Shown: positions 28,549 to 38,337 of the stretch, piece after piece
Position numbering within the stretch: the first letter of the stretch is position 1
Layout of the letters: each line of letters begins with the position of its first letter
DNA from: Patescibacteria group bacterium
Lineage (GTDB): Bacteria; Patescibacteriota; UBA1384; UBA12157; JAENIV01
Reading direction: 5' to 3'
NCBI GenBank assembly: GCA_023485405.1
Contig: JAMCZU010000032.1
Location: forward strand, 400 to 64,399
Length of the DNA: 64,000 nt
Made by a program: the position numbers and the translations under genes
Notes under the pieces: model-generated
The model's database searches: none
What the model was told of the DNA's origin: nothing
Seen by the model: only the letters and a program-made list of their open reading frames with translations

Positions 28549-29343
28549 TCAAAATTGATAGTTTTTAAGAACATTACATAACACGAACCATTGTTTTAAA
28601 GTTAGGTCTTCAGCGCGAAGCGATGGATCGATTTGTGCTTTTTTCAAAATATCAGTCACTTTATCTTTTTCCAATCTTAATGTCGCTGCCAAGGAATTTC
28701 GAATCTGTCGTCGCTTGGCCGAAAAACCAGCTTTGACAATTTGAAAAAACAACTTTGACCCAACCTTATCCGCATACCTGGTATGAGGGTATGGTTGGAG
28801 TTTTAAGATGGCGGCGTCAACTTGGGGTTGGGGGCGGAAACTATTTTTGGACACCGTCATAATAATTTCCGCATTGGCATAAAATTCAACCGCCAAGGTT
28901 AAAATACCCCGCTCCGAATCACCAGGCTTAGCAACGATTTTTTCAGCGACTTCTTTTTGCACCATCACTACCATTAATTCCGGTTGATTTTGGCTTTCTA
29001 AAAATTTCCGGATTAATGGCGAGGCAATATTAAAAGGCAAATTTGAAACGACTTTGTACTTTTTAAAAATTGATAAATCAAAAAAGAGAGCATCTTGATG
29101 AACGATAGTTAAATTTTTATTTTTACCCAACGCCTTACGCAGCATTTCTGCTAATTCAAAATCTTTTTCGATGGCATAAACTTTTGCCCCAGCATCTATT
29201 AACGCTTTGGTTAATATTCCCAAACCCGGCCCAATTTCAATAACAACATCATCCTTTTTAATTTCAGCAACCTTAATAATATCAGGAATGATTTTATCAT
29301 TGATTAAAAAATTTTGTCCCAGAAATTTTTTTTGTTTAAACAT
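28549..29343 (-). CDS. rsmA: 16S rRNA dimethyladenosine transferase
   Basis: FLGQNFLINDKII and EIGPGLGILT motifs. Confidence 0.9.
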   Translation of the reverse strand: MFKQKKFLGQNFLINDKIIPDIIKVAEIKKDDVVIEIGPGLGILTKALIDAGAKVYAIEKDFELAEMLRKALGKNKNLTIVHQDALFFDLSIFKKYKVVSNLPFNIASPLIRKFLESQNQPELMVVMVQKEVAEKIVAKPGDSERGILTLAVEFYANAEIIMTVSKNSFRPQPQVDAAILKLQPYPHTRYADKVGSKLFFQIVKAGFSAKRRQIRNSLAATLRLEKDKVTDILKKAQIDPSLRAEDLTLKQWFVLCNVLKNYQF

Positions 29344-30180
29344 TTATTCTTTCGTTAGCACTACTGGTATTACTCCTGCTCCAAGCGGGGCCAATTGTGA
29401 AAAAGCATCAGCAGAAAGATCGATTACGGCGTCCGACTGGATTCCCGCATCAATTATTCTTACAATGACTGATTTCCCAGAATTAACAGCCGTCACTCTT
29501 ACATAAGAATATCGAGGCAAGGTATTGGAAGCAGCTGTATTCCCAGAAATTAAATCATACCAAGTCGCATTTCCGCGCCCTAAAACAACAACTTTCGTAC
29601 CGTTATAAACAATTTTATCCTGCGGTTTTATTGTTACTTCCTCATTTAATAATTTTCGCGAAACTTCTTGGCCATTTTCTCGCCGCACGAGATAAGTCTT
29701 AACTTTTGTACCATTTTTTCCAGTCTGGTCAACTCTTGATTTTCCTTTTTCTAAATCTGGATCATCTTTGTTGATAATTTTATACGCTACTGTTTCTTCT
29801 TCTTTAAGCTCAGTTTCTGCAACTCTGGTGATATTAATCTTTAAATTTTCACGAAGCCACGTACTTTTGGCCGGGTCGATTTTATCTTGTTCACCCAAGT
29901 TAATATTTTGTTCCTCGAGGAGTTCTCCAATTTGTTTTTTCCATGTTCTAACAATAAAATTTTTTCCACCATCATTTATTTCAACTGGCAAAGCTCTTTG
30001 AATTTCAATTCGACTACCAATGCCAAGCTGTGGGTCAGGAAAAGTACTAAATTTATCTTCAGGATAAATATCAACATTTAGGTCGCTGGTCATATCTTTT
30101 AAAGTGCTAAACTTTGCACTACCAAAATAAACCTCACGCGGATGGTTAGGATCCGAAACATCAACTACGCCCGAGACCAT
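29344..30180 (-). CDS. YabE-like G5 plus RlpA-like double-psi beta-barrel (3D) domain protein; N-terminus may extend upstream via a non-canonical start
   Basis: C-terminal YSYVRVTAVNSGKSVIVRIIDAG...IDLSADAF (RlpA-like); central G5 region; an in-frame hydrophobic segment LAIFLAIYLSL lies upstream of the listed ATG. Confidence 0.6.
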   Translation of the reverse strand: MVSGVVDVSDPNHPREVYFGSAKFSTLKDMTSDLNVDIYPEDKFSTFPDPQLGIGSRIEIQRALPVEINDGGKNFIVRTWKKQIGELLEEQNINLGEQDKIDPAKSTWLRENLKINITRVAETELKEEETVAYKIINKDDPDLEKGKSRVDQTGKNGTKVKTYLVRRENGQEVSRKLLNEEVTIKPQDKIVYNGTKVVVLGRGNATWYDLISGNTAASNTLPRYSYVRVTAVNSGKSVIVRIIDAGIQSDAVIDLSADAFSQLAPLGAGVIPVVLTKE

Positions 30181-30369
30181 CGGCTCAACCGGTGGAGTAT
30201 GACTTTTAAGACTTAAGTAGATCGCTAAAAAAATTGCTAAAATAATGACTCCTTTATTTAGTCTATTTCAAATTTTACCCTATCCATTAATAAAATCAAA
30301 TTTCTGAATATTAAGATAAAATTAAAATAACCTTGTCATAACTCGCTCAAGAATTCAAGAAATAGTTAT

Positions 30370-31176
30370 CTAATCTAATTTTCCATTTTTATCTGTTTTG
30401 TTACCAAAAACAGGCCGAAAACTAAACAATTTTCCTGTTACTAATCCTATAAATTGGCACAAATAATAAAAATTTCTTTTACAGAAATCATATAAATCTT
30501 CTTTATTCGTAAAACCAACTGGATCCTCTTTTGCTAAATGATCAATTTTTTTAGCTTTTATAGCTGGGAAAGATTCGATTTCAGACATAGAAATTTGAAT
30601 ATTAATCGTACCTACTTTAAGTTGACCATAATGACTTGCAAAATCTCTTATTGAACGAGTCCCACTTTCAAAAATGCCAATTTCTTTAAAATAATTATTA
30701 AATTTTTTCAAAAGGCTTAAAATACTTTGTGCTTTCCTCGATTTTGCCTTAGGAACGTTCGAAAGTATATTGTGTAATTTTTTAAATGAATTATTATGTG
30801 AACCAAAAAACAAAGATATAACTCTAGCAATTACTTGTAAACAGGCTTCTTGTTGTAAAATAAAGGCTTCGTATTCGAAAACAATAGCTTCAGATGGTAC
30901 CCCAATAACACCTGGGTAAATACTCGTATGAATCTTGCTTATTTGATTATCATAAATTATTTTTTCTTCTTCCTCCTTTAGCCTTTTCATATGATAATAA
31001 CAAGCATTAATTTTATCAAAACAATCGAAAAGAATCTCTTTTAAATAATATTTTGGTATTTTTAAATTCGCTTTTTCCCTTGTGGGCCAAAAGTATGCAG
31101 ACCAATATTTGTGTCTATAGTTATAATGTGAGGCCACAAAAGATAGCATTTCTTTTGAAATTTCAGGAGGATTCAT
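30370..31176 (-). CDS. hypothetical protein in a very AT-rich (~25% GC) patch
   Basis: 268 aa, no recognizable motif; composition distinct from its neighbours. Confidence 0.3.
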   Translation of the reverse strand: MNPPEISKEMLSFVASHYNYRHKYWSAYFWPTREKANLKIPKYYLKEILFDCFDKINACYYHMKRLKEEEEKIIYDNQISKIHTSIYPGVIGVPSEAIVFEYEAFILQQEACLQVIARVISLFFGSHNNSFKKLHNILSNVPKAKSRKAQSILSLLKKFNNYFKEIGIFESGTRSIRDFASHYGQLKVGTINIQISMSEIESFPAIKAKKIDHLAKEDPVGFTNKEDLYDFCKRNFYYLCQFIGLVTGKLFSFRPVFGNKTDKNGKLD

Positions 31177-31262
31177 GTTAGTAAATACCTCTATAATTTT
31201 ATTTCTTTCGTATTATACCATAAATTAAGATTAAATTCCTCTCAAAAACATTTTTAAAAAAG

Positions 31263-31691
31263 TTAAATATCTTTTGGTTCTATAAATTTAATCTTATCAA
31301 TCGAGGCGCAACATATTTTTCCCTTGATAGAATTTTTGGTCAATTTTTTAAGAACTTTTACTAAAATTCTTTGCGCCGTTTTTGGTTTTGTATCAGTCGC
31401 TTCAATTAAAATCACTCCGTAACTTTTTCTTATCATTTCTTGGTATTTTGAGTCAATTATAAAATCTCTATCAAAAGCTAATAGAATTGCCTCTTCTTTA
31501 ATGCAAGTTTCCAGATGTTTTTGGTCTGTAAGCCCTGGTTTCTTTAAAATTTTGAGTCCTTCAACAACAGTTTGGCCTCGAGACTTTAAAAATTTCCCCG
31601 CCGGAACGGGGAAATTTTCATCTAAGTAGAATTTGAATTTATGCGGGTAAGTAGTCAACCCTCTCCTTAGCATAGCGAATTTTTTCATCAA
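31263..31691 (-). CDS. DUF5615-like PIN/Mut7-C-like putative toxin
   Basis: N-terminal YLDENFP motif; paired with the upstream DUF433 gene. Confidence 0.5.
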   Translation of the reverse strand: MMKKFAMLRRGLTTYPHKFKFYLDENFPVPAGKFLKSRGQTVVEGLKILKKPGLTDQKHLETCIKEEAILLAFDRDFIIDSKYQEMIRKSYGVILIEATDTKPKTAQRILVKVLKKLTKNSIKGKICCASIDKIKFIEPKDI

Positions 31692-31863
31692 AATAATTCA
31701 ACGCAGTTCTCACTTGCTCTCTTTTTAGATGAGGGTAGTCTTTATAGATCTGATCAATATTATCATCAATAATATAATTATAGACTATATCAAAAGATAT
31801 ACGAGTACCAGAAATTCGCTTTTTACCTCCTAAAATATTTTTAGTACAAATAATTTTTGCCAT
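31639..31863 (-). CDS. DUF433-family antitoxin-like protein
   Basis: GGKKRISGTRISFDIVYNYI...YPHLKREQVRTALNY matches the DUF433 pattern. Confidence 0.55.
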   Translation of the reverse strand: MAKIICTKNILGGKKRISGTRISFDIVYNYIIDDNIDQIYKDYPHLKREQVRTALNYFDEKIRYAKERVDYLPA

Positions 31864-31920
31864 TTTTACTCCGTTTAATTATATTATACAACTTTTTCTA
31901 TTATGTTCAATTTGTCAATT

Positions 31921-34887
31921 TTATATTCTTTCCAATAATTCCTCGGAAATTTCGGAAAGAAAACGCGATGGCATATTAGCTTGGATGGAACCATAAAGCA
32001 GGCGCGAACAGGCATAACTAAAATACAGTCTTTTTCGCGCACGGGTAATACCAACATAACAAAGCCGTCGTTCTTCTTCAAGCTCCGCCGGCTCCATGAG
32101 AGAATTGGCATGAGGGAACAAGCCTTCTTCCATTCCCACCATAAAAACAATTGGAAATTCTAAACCCTTGGCGTTATGCAAAGTCATCAATGTGATCGCG
32201 TCAGTCGAACGGTCAAGATTATCAATATCAGAAACTAAAGTAACTTGTTCTAAAAAACTTTCCAGATTTTCGGCCGATGCCGCGACCGATTTTAATTCTT
32301 CAATATTCTCCCACCGTCCTTCCCCTTCTTCGGTGCCATCTAAAATCCAATTTTTATAAGTTGATTTTAGAGCCACTAAATCAATGAGTTCAGAGACTTT
32401 TATTTTTTTTGAAGTTTGACGAAGTTCTTCAATCATTTCTAAAAACTTTAATACTTTTGGATTGTTTTTGTCTATTTGGGATTTCTCGCCAATTCCTCGT
32501 GGGGGGACATTGATAATTCTTTTTTGAGCGACCCGATCGGTTGGATTTAAAATTAATTTCAAATAAGCCAAAATATCCTTAATTTCTCGTCTTTCGTAGA
32601 ATCTTAAAGCGCCAATTAAACGATATGGAATGCCTTTTTGCATCAAGGCTTCTTCAAAAATTCGTGACTGGGCATTAGTTCGATATAAAATCACAAATTG
32701 ATTATAACCGCCTAACATTTTAAGGGCTTCGACTTCGTCAAGAATAAATTCGGCTTCTTCCTTTTCACTTCGTGCTTCAAAAACCGTCGGTGCGATACCA
32801 TCTTCATTGTCAGTCCAAAGTGTTTTTTTACTCCTAACACAATTTTTTTCGATCACACATTGAGCCGAAGCAATAATTTTTTTAGTCGAACGATAATTTT
32901 GTTCCATCTTAATAATTTTCGCCTTAGGATAATCTTTCTCAAAATCTAAAATATTTTTAAAATTAGCACCGCGAAAACCGTAGATGGAGTTGTGAACGAC
33001 AACCCCTTCAGCAATATAATTATGCAAATTTTCAATATCTAGATCGTAAAGAACTTCATTAGTCATCCGACAATTGATACCGATAATTTCGTCTTCAACT
33101 ATTTTGCCGTTGCGAAGAACAGGAATGACCATCCCTGGTCTTAAGTTACTCACCGGCATAAAATCAAAACTCGTTTTACTATCCGTTAGTCGGGCTGATT
33201 TGATAATATCTAAACTATTAATTCCGGCTAATTTTTCAGCCAAAACTAGAGCTTCACTATAATCTTTTCTGGAGGTTTCAATCCGCCAGCTTCTTTTATC
33301 CATTCTAGTTGCGAATCCCATATTTTCAAATTTTTCACGTAATCTAGGATCTGTCGTAGTAATTCTGACTCGATGAGCATGCCAAGGTCTTTGTTGACCA
33401 AGACGATCCTCACCAAACATATTTAAAGTAATAAATTGCCGTCCTTGATATTTTTGCGTAAATTCTAAAGTCACAGCTTGAGGACGATGATGCGGAAAAT
33501 CCCACTTTAGATCTAAATCTTCTAATAAATTTTTGGCTCTTTTTTTGGTATCTATATTTTTAAATAACATGTCAATGTGTTCTTGCCGAATTTGCATAGT
33601 TCTACCTTGATTAAAAAATATAGAAGTTGGTATACCATAATAACTTGAAAAAAAGGCTTCATAATACTTAGCCTCCGAAAGATTCTTACAGATTTTTAAA
33701 ATCCACATTCTATCTGCTTTTTCTTGATTTGCTCGTACCTGTAATCCGTGAGCCGTTTCATGACCTTTTTTCCCATATCTAATACTTTTAGTAAAACCTA
33801 TCCTATATCCTTTATCTCTGCGAAACATTAAATAAACAAAAAAACTATCCTTGATTAGTTTCCATTTAGAGAAGAAAATGTGTTCAGAACTCGCCTCGAT
33901 CATATGTCCACTTTTTGTTTCAATTTGCCAAACTTTTCCTTTAAAATTTCGTTTAAAAACTTTTGATACCTCTGATTTCGTAGTAGTACCGTATCCATTA
34001 GCACAGATAACTTTGTCTTTCGGCTTAATTAATCTTATTTCTTTCTGACCTTCAGAAGTTAGTACTTTAGTCTTGCCAGATAAACATTGAAAATCATCCC
34101 CCACCACACAAATATTTTGATATTTTTTAGCTAAAAGAGTACTAAAACGATATTGCGCAAAATTGGTATCTTGATACTCGTCAATTAAAATATAACGAAA
34201 TTGATCTTGGTAGCGTGCTAAAACTGCCGGAAATTTTTCGAAAAGTTCCACAGTTTTAAAAAGTAAATCATCAAAATCCAGGGCGTTCGCGATTTTTAAA
34301 TCTTTTTGATACTGCTGGTAAATTTTTAAAACAATTTCACCAAAATGACCTTTGGAAAATTTGGCATAATTTTGAGGATTTAGAAGTTCATTTTTAGCTC
34401 CAGAAATATAATTTCTAATCACTCGAGGGTTATATTGTTTTTTATCAATTCCCACAACATCCATCGCATGTTTTACCGCCGATAAAGAATCGTCGCTGTC
34501 ATAAATATTAAAAGAACGAGTGTAATCTAAATTTTGAATATTAAAACGCAAAATCTTGGCGCAGATAGAATGAAACGTCCCTAGCCATGGCAGCTTTGAA
34601 ATTTGAAATTTAGAATTTGAAATTCCGAGTAACTTTGTTACTCGACTGGCCATTTCTTCAGCCGCTTTGTTGGTAAAAGTCACAGCTAAAATATTTTCCG
34701 GATGAATTTTTTTTTCACAAATTAAATAAGCAATTCGATGAGTTAAAGCTTTAGTTTTACCAGAACCTGCCCCTGCTAAAATTAAAACCGGTCCTTCGGT
34801 TGTAATAACCGCTTCTTTTTGTTCGGTGTTTAAATTTTCTAAAATATCTAAATTCATTGCACGACTTATTATACAACAAGATAGCAA
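31921..34887 (-). CDS. uvrD: UvrD/PcrA-family DNA helicase containing an intein; likely true start is the ATG at 34857 (MNLDILENLN)
   Basis: Walker A AGAGSGKT, motif III VVGDDFQ|intein|SIYGFRGA, motifs V/VI (VTLMTLHNAKGLEF, YVGITRAR). Confidence 0.9.
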   Translation of the reverse strand: MLSCCIISRAMNLDILENLNTEQKEAVITTEGPVLILAGAGSGKTKALTHRIAYLICEKKIHPENILAVTFTNKAAEEMASRVTKLLGISNSKFQISKLPWLGTFHSICAKILRFNIQNLDYTRSFNIYDSDDSLSAVKHAMDVVGIDKKQYNPRVIRNYISGAKNELLNPQNYAKFSKGHFGEIVLKIYQQYQKDLKIANALDFDDLLFKTVELFEKFPAVLARYQDQFRYILIDEYQDTNFAQYRFSTLLAKKYQNICVVGDDFQCLSGKTKVLTSEGQKEIRLIKPKDKVICANGYGTTTKSEVSKVFKRNFKGKVWQIETKSGHMIEASSEHIFFSKWKLIKDSFFVYLMFRRDKGYRIGFTKSIRYGKKGHETAHGLQVRANQEKADRMWILKICKNLSEAKYYEAFFSSYYGIPTSIFFNQGRTMQIRQEHIDMLFKNIDTKKRAKNLLEDLDLKWDFPHHRPQAVTLEFTQKYQGRQFITLNMFGEDRLGQQRPWHAHRVRITTTDPRLREKFENMGFATRMDKRSWRIETSRKDYSEALVLAEKLAGINSLDIIKSARLTDSKTSFDFMPVSNLRPGMVIPVLRNGKIVEDEIIGINCRMTNEVLYDLDIENLHNYIAEGVVVHNSIYGFRGANFKNILDFEKDYPKAKIIKMEQNYRSTKKIIASAQCVIEKNCVRSKKTLWTDNEDGIAPTVFEARSEKEEAEFILDEVEALKMLGGYNQFVILYRTNAQSRIFEEALMQKGIPYRLIGALRFYERREIKDILAYLKLILNPTDRVAQKRIINVPPRGIGEKSQIDKNNPKVLKFLEMIEELRQTSKKIKVSELIDLVALKSTYKNWILDGTEEGEGRWENIEELKSVAASAENLESFLEQVTLVSDIDNLDRSTDAITLMTLHNAKGLEFPIVFMVGMEEGLFPHANSLMEPAELEEERRLCYVGITRARKRLYFSYACSRLLYGSIQANMPSRFLSEISEELLERI
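32989..34086 (-). other. intein (366 aa) inserted in UvrD motif III
   Basis: begins CLSGKTKV right after GDDFQ, ends VVHN immediately before SIYGFRGAN; extein junction reconstitutes GDDFQSIYGFRGA. Confidence 0.8.
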
Positions 34888-34920
34888 AAAGGCGTATCAA
34901 ATTGATACGCCTTGTCAAAA
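34886..34920 (-). terminator. hairpin terminator ggcgtatca-aat-tgatacgcc flanked by A and T tracts
   Basis: 9-bp perfect stem; on the minus strand it is followed by cttttt; lies between the GC-rich RNA-like locus and the uvrD start. Confidence 0.45.
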
Positions 34921-34926
34921 AATAGC

Positions 34927-35475
34927 GTCAGGAACGGATAGTTCTTAGTACGGATCGGATCAATCCATTCCCGAGTCCGGGGTTTGCTTGTCTCCCCACG
35001 CTCTGTGCCTGTGTACTCCGGCCGATTCCAGCCTTCCACAGAGTTCGCGTAGCCGGAAGTGGCTGTTAATTTTTGTGCTTTTTTATTTTCTGGTTTTTCG
35101 CGCCTTTTGCGCAGAATATAACCTTCAAGCTTGGCCTTTGCTTGAAGCCAGCCGCCAATTATAGATAGCACGGCCCGACCTATTTTATTGCTTCTGTTTC
35201 AAGACCTTCTTTTTCCTTTCCGTACTAAGGGAAATTTGGGTCTCTAGCTGGTCGGTCTGTTCCCAGCAAACTGATAATATTCTATCATAGATTAGTTACA
35301 ATGTCAAGACTTTTTGGTAAATTAAAAGGCGCGATCGGAATCGGCCCAAATATACTTTAAATTATTGGCCGTCGTCGCGCCTTTATGGTATGGGCAAAGT
35401 AATTGGCTTTGTCCCTACCATAAGCATAAGCTTACAGTAAGAACAGCATAACTCCACCCCTGTTCTTCTCATCGT
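34927..35475 (+). ncRNA. GC-rich ORF-free structured-RNA candidate (possibly RNase P RNA-like; strand and identity uncertain)
   Basis: 10-bp long-range complements cttagtacgg (34945) / ccgtactaag (35221) and cggccgattcc (35018) / ggaatcggcc (35338); gagtccgggg plus downstream acggcccgacc resemble RNase P CR-I/CR-V (a P4 with a bulged nucleotide); gcttgaagccag P15-like; terminal hairpin plus U tract near 35436-35480. Confidence 0.3.
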
Positions 35476-35530
35476 TTTATTTCGATGATTACATTATTAT
35501 ACCGTATTTTAGACCAAAAGTCAATGGTTC

Positions 35531-35578
35531 TTTACATTCCTAAACCTATTGTCCACCTACGAGGTGGACATTTCGGTT
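35531..35578. repeat. REP2 element copy 2: tttacattcctaaacctattgtccacct-acg-aggtggacatttcggtt
   Basis: near-identical to the copy at 18387; abuts the dnaB stop. Confidence 0.75.
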
Positions 35579-38183
35579 ATGTCTCCTTTAGCTTCTTTTC
35601 GATGGTAGCAAACTTCATATATTCTGGTTTCCAGTAAAGTTGAACGTCGCCAGTGGGACCATGACGATGCTTGCGGATTAAAATTTCGGCAATATTTTTC
35701 TTTTCGGAATCTTGTTCATACATCTCGTCACGATAAATAAACATCACCACGTCGGCGTCTTGTTCTATGGAATTATGAACAACAATATCGTTAGCGATAA
35801 AATTATGGTTTTTTGGCACCGTTATATCATAAACTGATTCAACACCAACTTCCTTAATTTCAGCTATTTCATCCCAAAAAATATCCGAATCAGCCAAATC
35901 ACTAAGCACACCATCTCCTAAAACTTGGGCGATACTAGAAAGACGATTTCTAGAAATGCCATTATTATATCGCTGCGTGCCAGAATATGCCCATTGCATT
36001 TCTTGGTGGAATTGTCTCGTTGTCCAACCTAAATCCGTAAATTTTTGCACAATTTTCTGCCAAATATCTTTAGGAATAATATCAACATTAGTGTTTGGCT
36101 CGATTTGCCTTAAATCTTTAATTGCTTTTTTAACAATTTTATCTTTGCGACCAAAAATCCCGATCTCTTCCATAAATTTTAATTGATTTTCCGACCCTGA
36201 AATTACAAGATCAAAGACTGGCAAATACCCCCTCTTTTTATTGATTTTAATTCTTGATTGTATCTCAAAACGAAGCAATAAATGCTGTAAGCTTTTAATT
36301 AGTTTTTCACTTTTAGAAGCATAATGTAATCGCCAAATTCCCGAAGAAAAAGTCAAACCACCATCAGTTGAAAAAAGATGTCTGACAAAAAGAGCCAATT
36401 GCTTTTGAGATAATGTAAAGATAAGCTCAGGAATTTCTTTTTCACCAGAACGTTGGTCAAAAATCCCCAATTCTTCATCGAGCCACTTTACGATGGGATT
36501 TCTCCGACCACGAGCCAATGGCGCTGGTGCAGAAAGGTAAAGATGAAACCAAGTTTTTTGTTTAACTAAACGATTTTTTGTTCCAAATGCTTTTTGAGAC
36601 GCTCGATCAACAATACTAATACTTTCTGGATCAGCATTGGTGTAATGAAGTGGTTGATGTTTAAGATAGCATCCATCACCAATTAAATGAGCAAGTACAA
36701 TAATTTTTTCGTCTGACATTGTCACAATATTTTTAAAATCAATTCGCCGAGGGGTTGCTAACCGATCACCACCCGCTAATTTATCTAATCTCTCCCAGCC
36801 ATTAATAGTCATAAATTGATGATTGGCTGTTGCCTTAATTTTCCGGCCGCTTTTAAAAATAAGTTCAAAAACTTTTTTTCTTCCTGTTGAAAAGACTTTA
36901 TTGGCTATTTCTTTGAGTAATTTACCTTGTCCATCAACTGTTAAAACAGTAAATTCTTTTTGACCAACTAGTTTTTCAATTGGCTGGCAAATGCCTGTTT
37001 TAGCATTAAAAATTAAAGTGTCGCCGGTTAAACAACCACTCTCTCTAAGATCAGCTAACATTGGTTTTTTATCTGGACGGTGCTCCACTGCTCGGGATAG
37101 TTGCGATAAAGCTAATATTGGTACATTTAATTCCCTAGCTAAGGCTTTGAGTGAGCGGGAAATTTCCGAAACTTCTTGGACCCGATTGTCAGAACCCTTC
37201 GTGCTCATCCCCGACATTAATTGCAAATAATCAATCACAATTAAACCAAGATCTTGCTCCATCAAAAGTCGGCGACCTTTAGTTCTAATTTCCATCACAT
37301 TTAAAAAGGGTGAGTCATCAATAAAAATGGGTGTTTCTGAAAGCATCCCCATGGCATAATTTAATTTACCGAAATCTTCATCTTCCAAATTACCGGTACG
37401 TAACTTCCAGGAATCAACTGAACCTCGAAGGCACAAGAGTCGGTCAATAATCTGTTCTTTGGACATTTCCAACGAGAAAATTCCGACCGCTTGTTTATGT
37501 TCACAAGCAACATGATCGGCAATATTTAAAGCAAAAGCCGATTTACCCACCGACGGCCGAGCCGCCAGGATCACTAAATCTGATTTTTGCAAACCAGCCA
37601 GGACATTGTCTAAATCCCGAAAACCAGTCGGCACGCCTCGAATTGCCCCTTTTTCTTTGTGCAACTTGTCAATTCGATCAAAAGAATCAGCTAAAATATC
37701 TTTAATTGGCGTGAAATACTGTTTAACATATTTTTGCGAAACACTAAATAAAGTACTTTCGGCCCGATCTAAAATTGTCTCGAGTTCAGAATTTTCATCA
37801 AAACCAAGCTCGGTGATAGTCGCCGCGGCTGTGACTAAGCGCCTTAAAGTTGCTTTTTGATGAACAATATTAGCATAAGTTGTGATATGAGCAGCGGTTG
37901 GTACCGAATTGACCAAAGTAGCAATGTACGATGCACCACCAATACTTTTCAGTTTCTTATCTTTTTCTAATTCGTTGGTCAAAGTGACCACGTCAATCGG
38001 TTTTCGTTTTTCAAACAGTTTAATAATACAACTATATATAGTAGCGTGATCTTCGCGGTAAAAATCATCCGATCGCAAAATATCAGCCACTTTAATAATG
38101 GCATTTTGATCCAAAAGCACTGAACCTAGAACTGATTGCTCTGCTTCAATATTTTGTGGGGGAACCTTTATGCCGTCGGGCAT
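35577..38183 (-). CDS. dnaB: replicative DNA helicase DnaB containing an intein
   Basis: Walker A ARPSVGKSAF; H4 motif split as KPMLADLRESG|intein|SIEQDADVVMF. Confidence 0.9.
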   Translation of the reverse strand: MPDGIKVPPQNIEAEQSVLGSVLLDQNAIIKVADILRSDDFYREDHATIYSCIIKLFEKRKPIDVVTLTNELEKDKKLKSIGGASYIATLVNSVPTAAHITTYANIVHQKATLRRLVTAAATITELGFDENSELETILDRAESTLFSVSQKYVKQYFTPIKDILADSFDRIDKLHKEKGAIRGVPTGFRDLDNVLAGLQKSDLVILAARPSVGKSAFALNIADHVACEHKQAVGIFSLEMSKEQIIDRLLCLRGSVDSWKLRTGNLEDEDFGKLNYAMGMLSETPIFIDDSPFLNVMEIRTKGRRLLMEQDLGLIVIDYLQLMSGMSTKGSDNRVQEVSEISRSLKALARELNVPILALSQLSRAVEHRPDKKPMLADLRESGCLTGDTLIFNAKTGICQPIEKLVGQKEFTVLTVDGQGKLLKEIANKVFSTGRKKVFELIFKSGRKIKATANHQFMTINGWERLDKLAGGDRLATPRRIDFKNIVTMSDEKIIVLAHLIGDGCYLKHQPLHYTNADPESISIVDRASQKAFGTKNRLVKQKTWFHLYLSAPAPLARGRRNPIVKWLDEELGIFDQRSGEKEIPELIFTLSQKQLALFVRHLFSTDGGLTFSSGIWRLHYASKSEKLIKSLQHLLLRFEIQSRIKINKKRGYLPVFDLVISGSENQLKFMEEIGIFGRKDKIVKKAIKDLRQIEPNTNVDIIPKDIWQKIVQKFTDLGWTTRQFHQEMQWAYSGTQRYNNGISRNRLSSIAQVLGDGVLSDLADSDIFWDEIAEIKEVGVESVYDITVPKNHNFIANDIVVHNSIEQDADVVMFIYRDEMYEQDSEKKNIAEILIRKHRHGPTGDVQLYWKPEYMKFATIEKKLKET
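35772..37034 (-). other. intein (421 aa) with double-motif LAGLIDADG homing endonuclease in the DnaB H4 motif
   Basis: starts CLTGDTLI after RESG, ends IVVHN before SIEQDAD; internal LAHLIGDGCY and FVRHLFSTDGG LAGLIDADG-like motifs. Confidence 0.85.
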
Positions 38184-38337
38184 TCTGCCCTCCTTTGAAT
38201 AAACTTAAAACTCAAAAGTTAAAACTACAACAGAAAGCTCAAACAATTATTATCTTTTTAGCTTTATCATGCAGTTTTCAGTTTTGCACTTTTAGTTTTT
38301 AGTTGCAACATGTGGAAACTGTGGATTATGGGGATAA

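Noticed and set aside
34869-35171. 100-aa ORF across the GC-rich island
   Set aside because: No protein-like features, and the region shows RNA-like long-range complementarity; more likely part of a structured RNA.
34925-35475. tmRNA (ssrA) identity for the GC-rich island
   Set aside because: No tRNA-like T-arm plus CCA 3' end and no tag-peptide reading frame ending in a hydrophobic …AA stop could be found on either strand.
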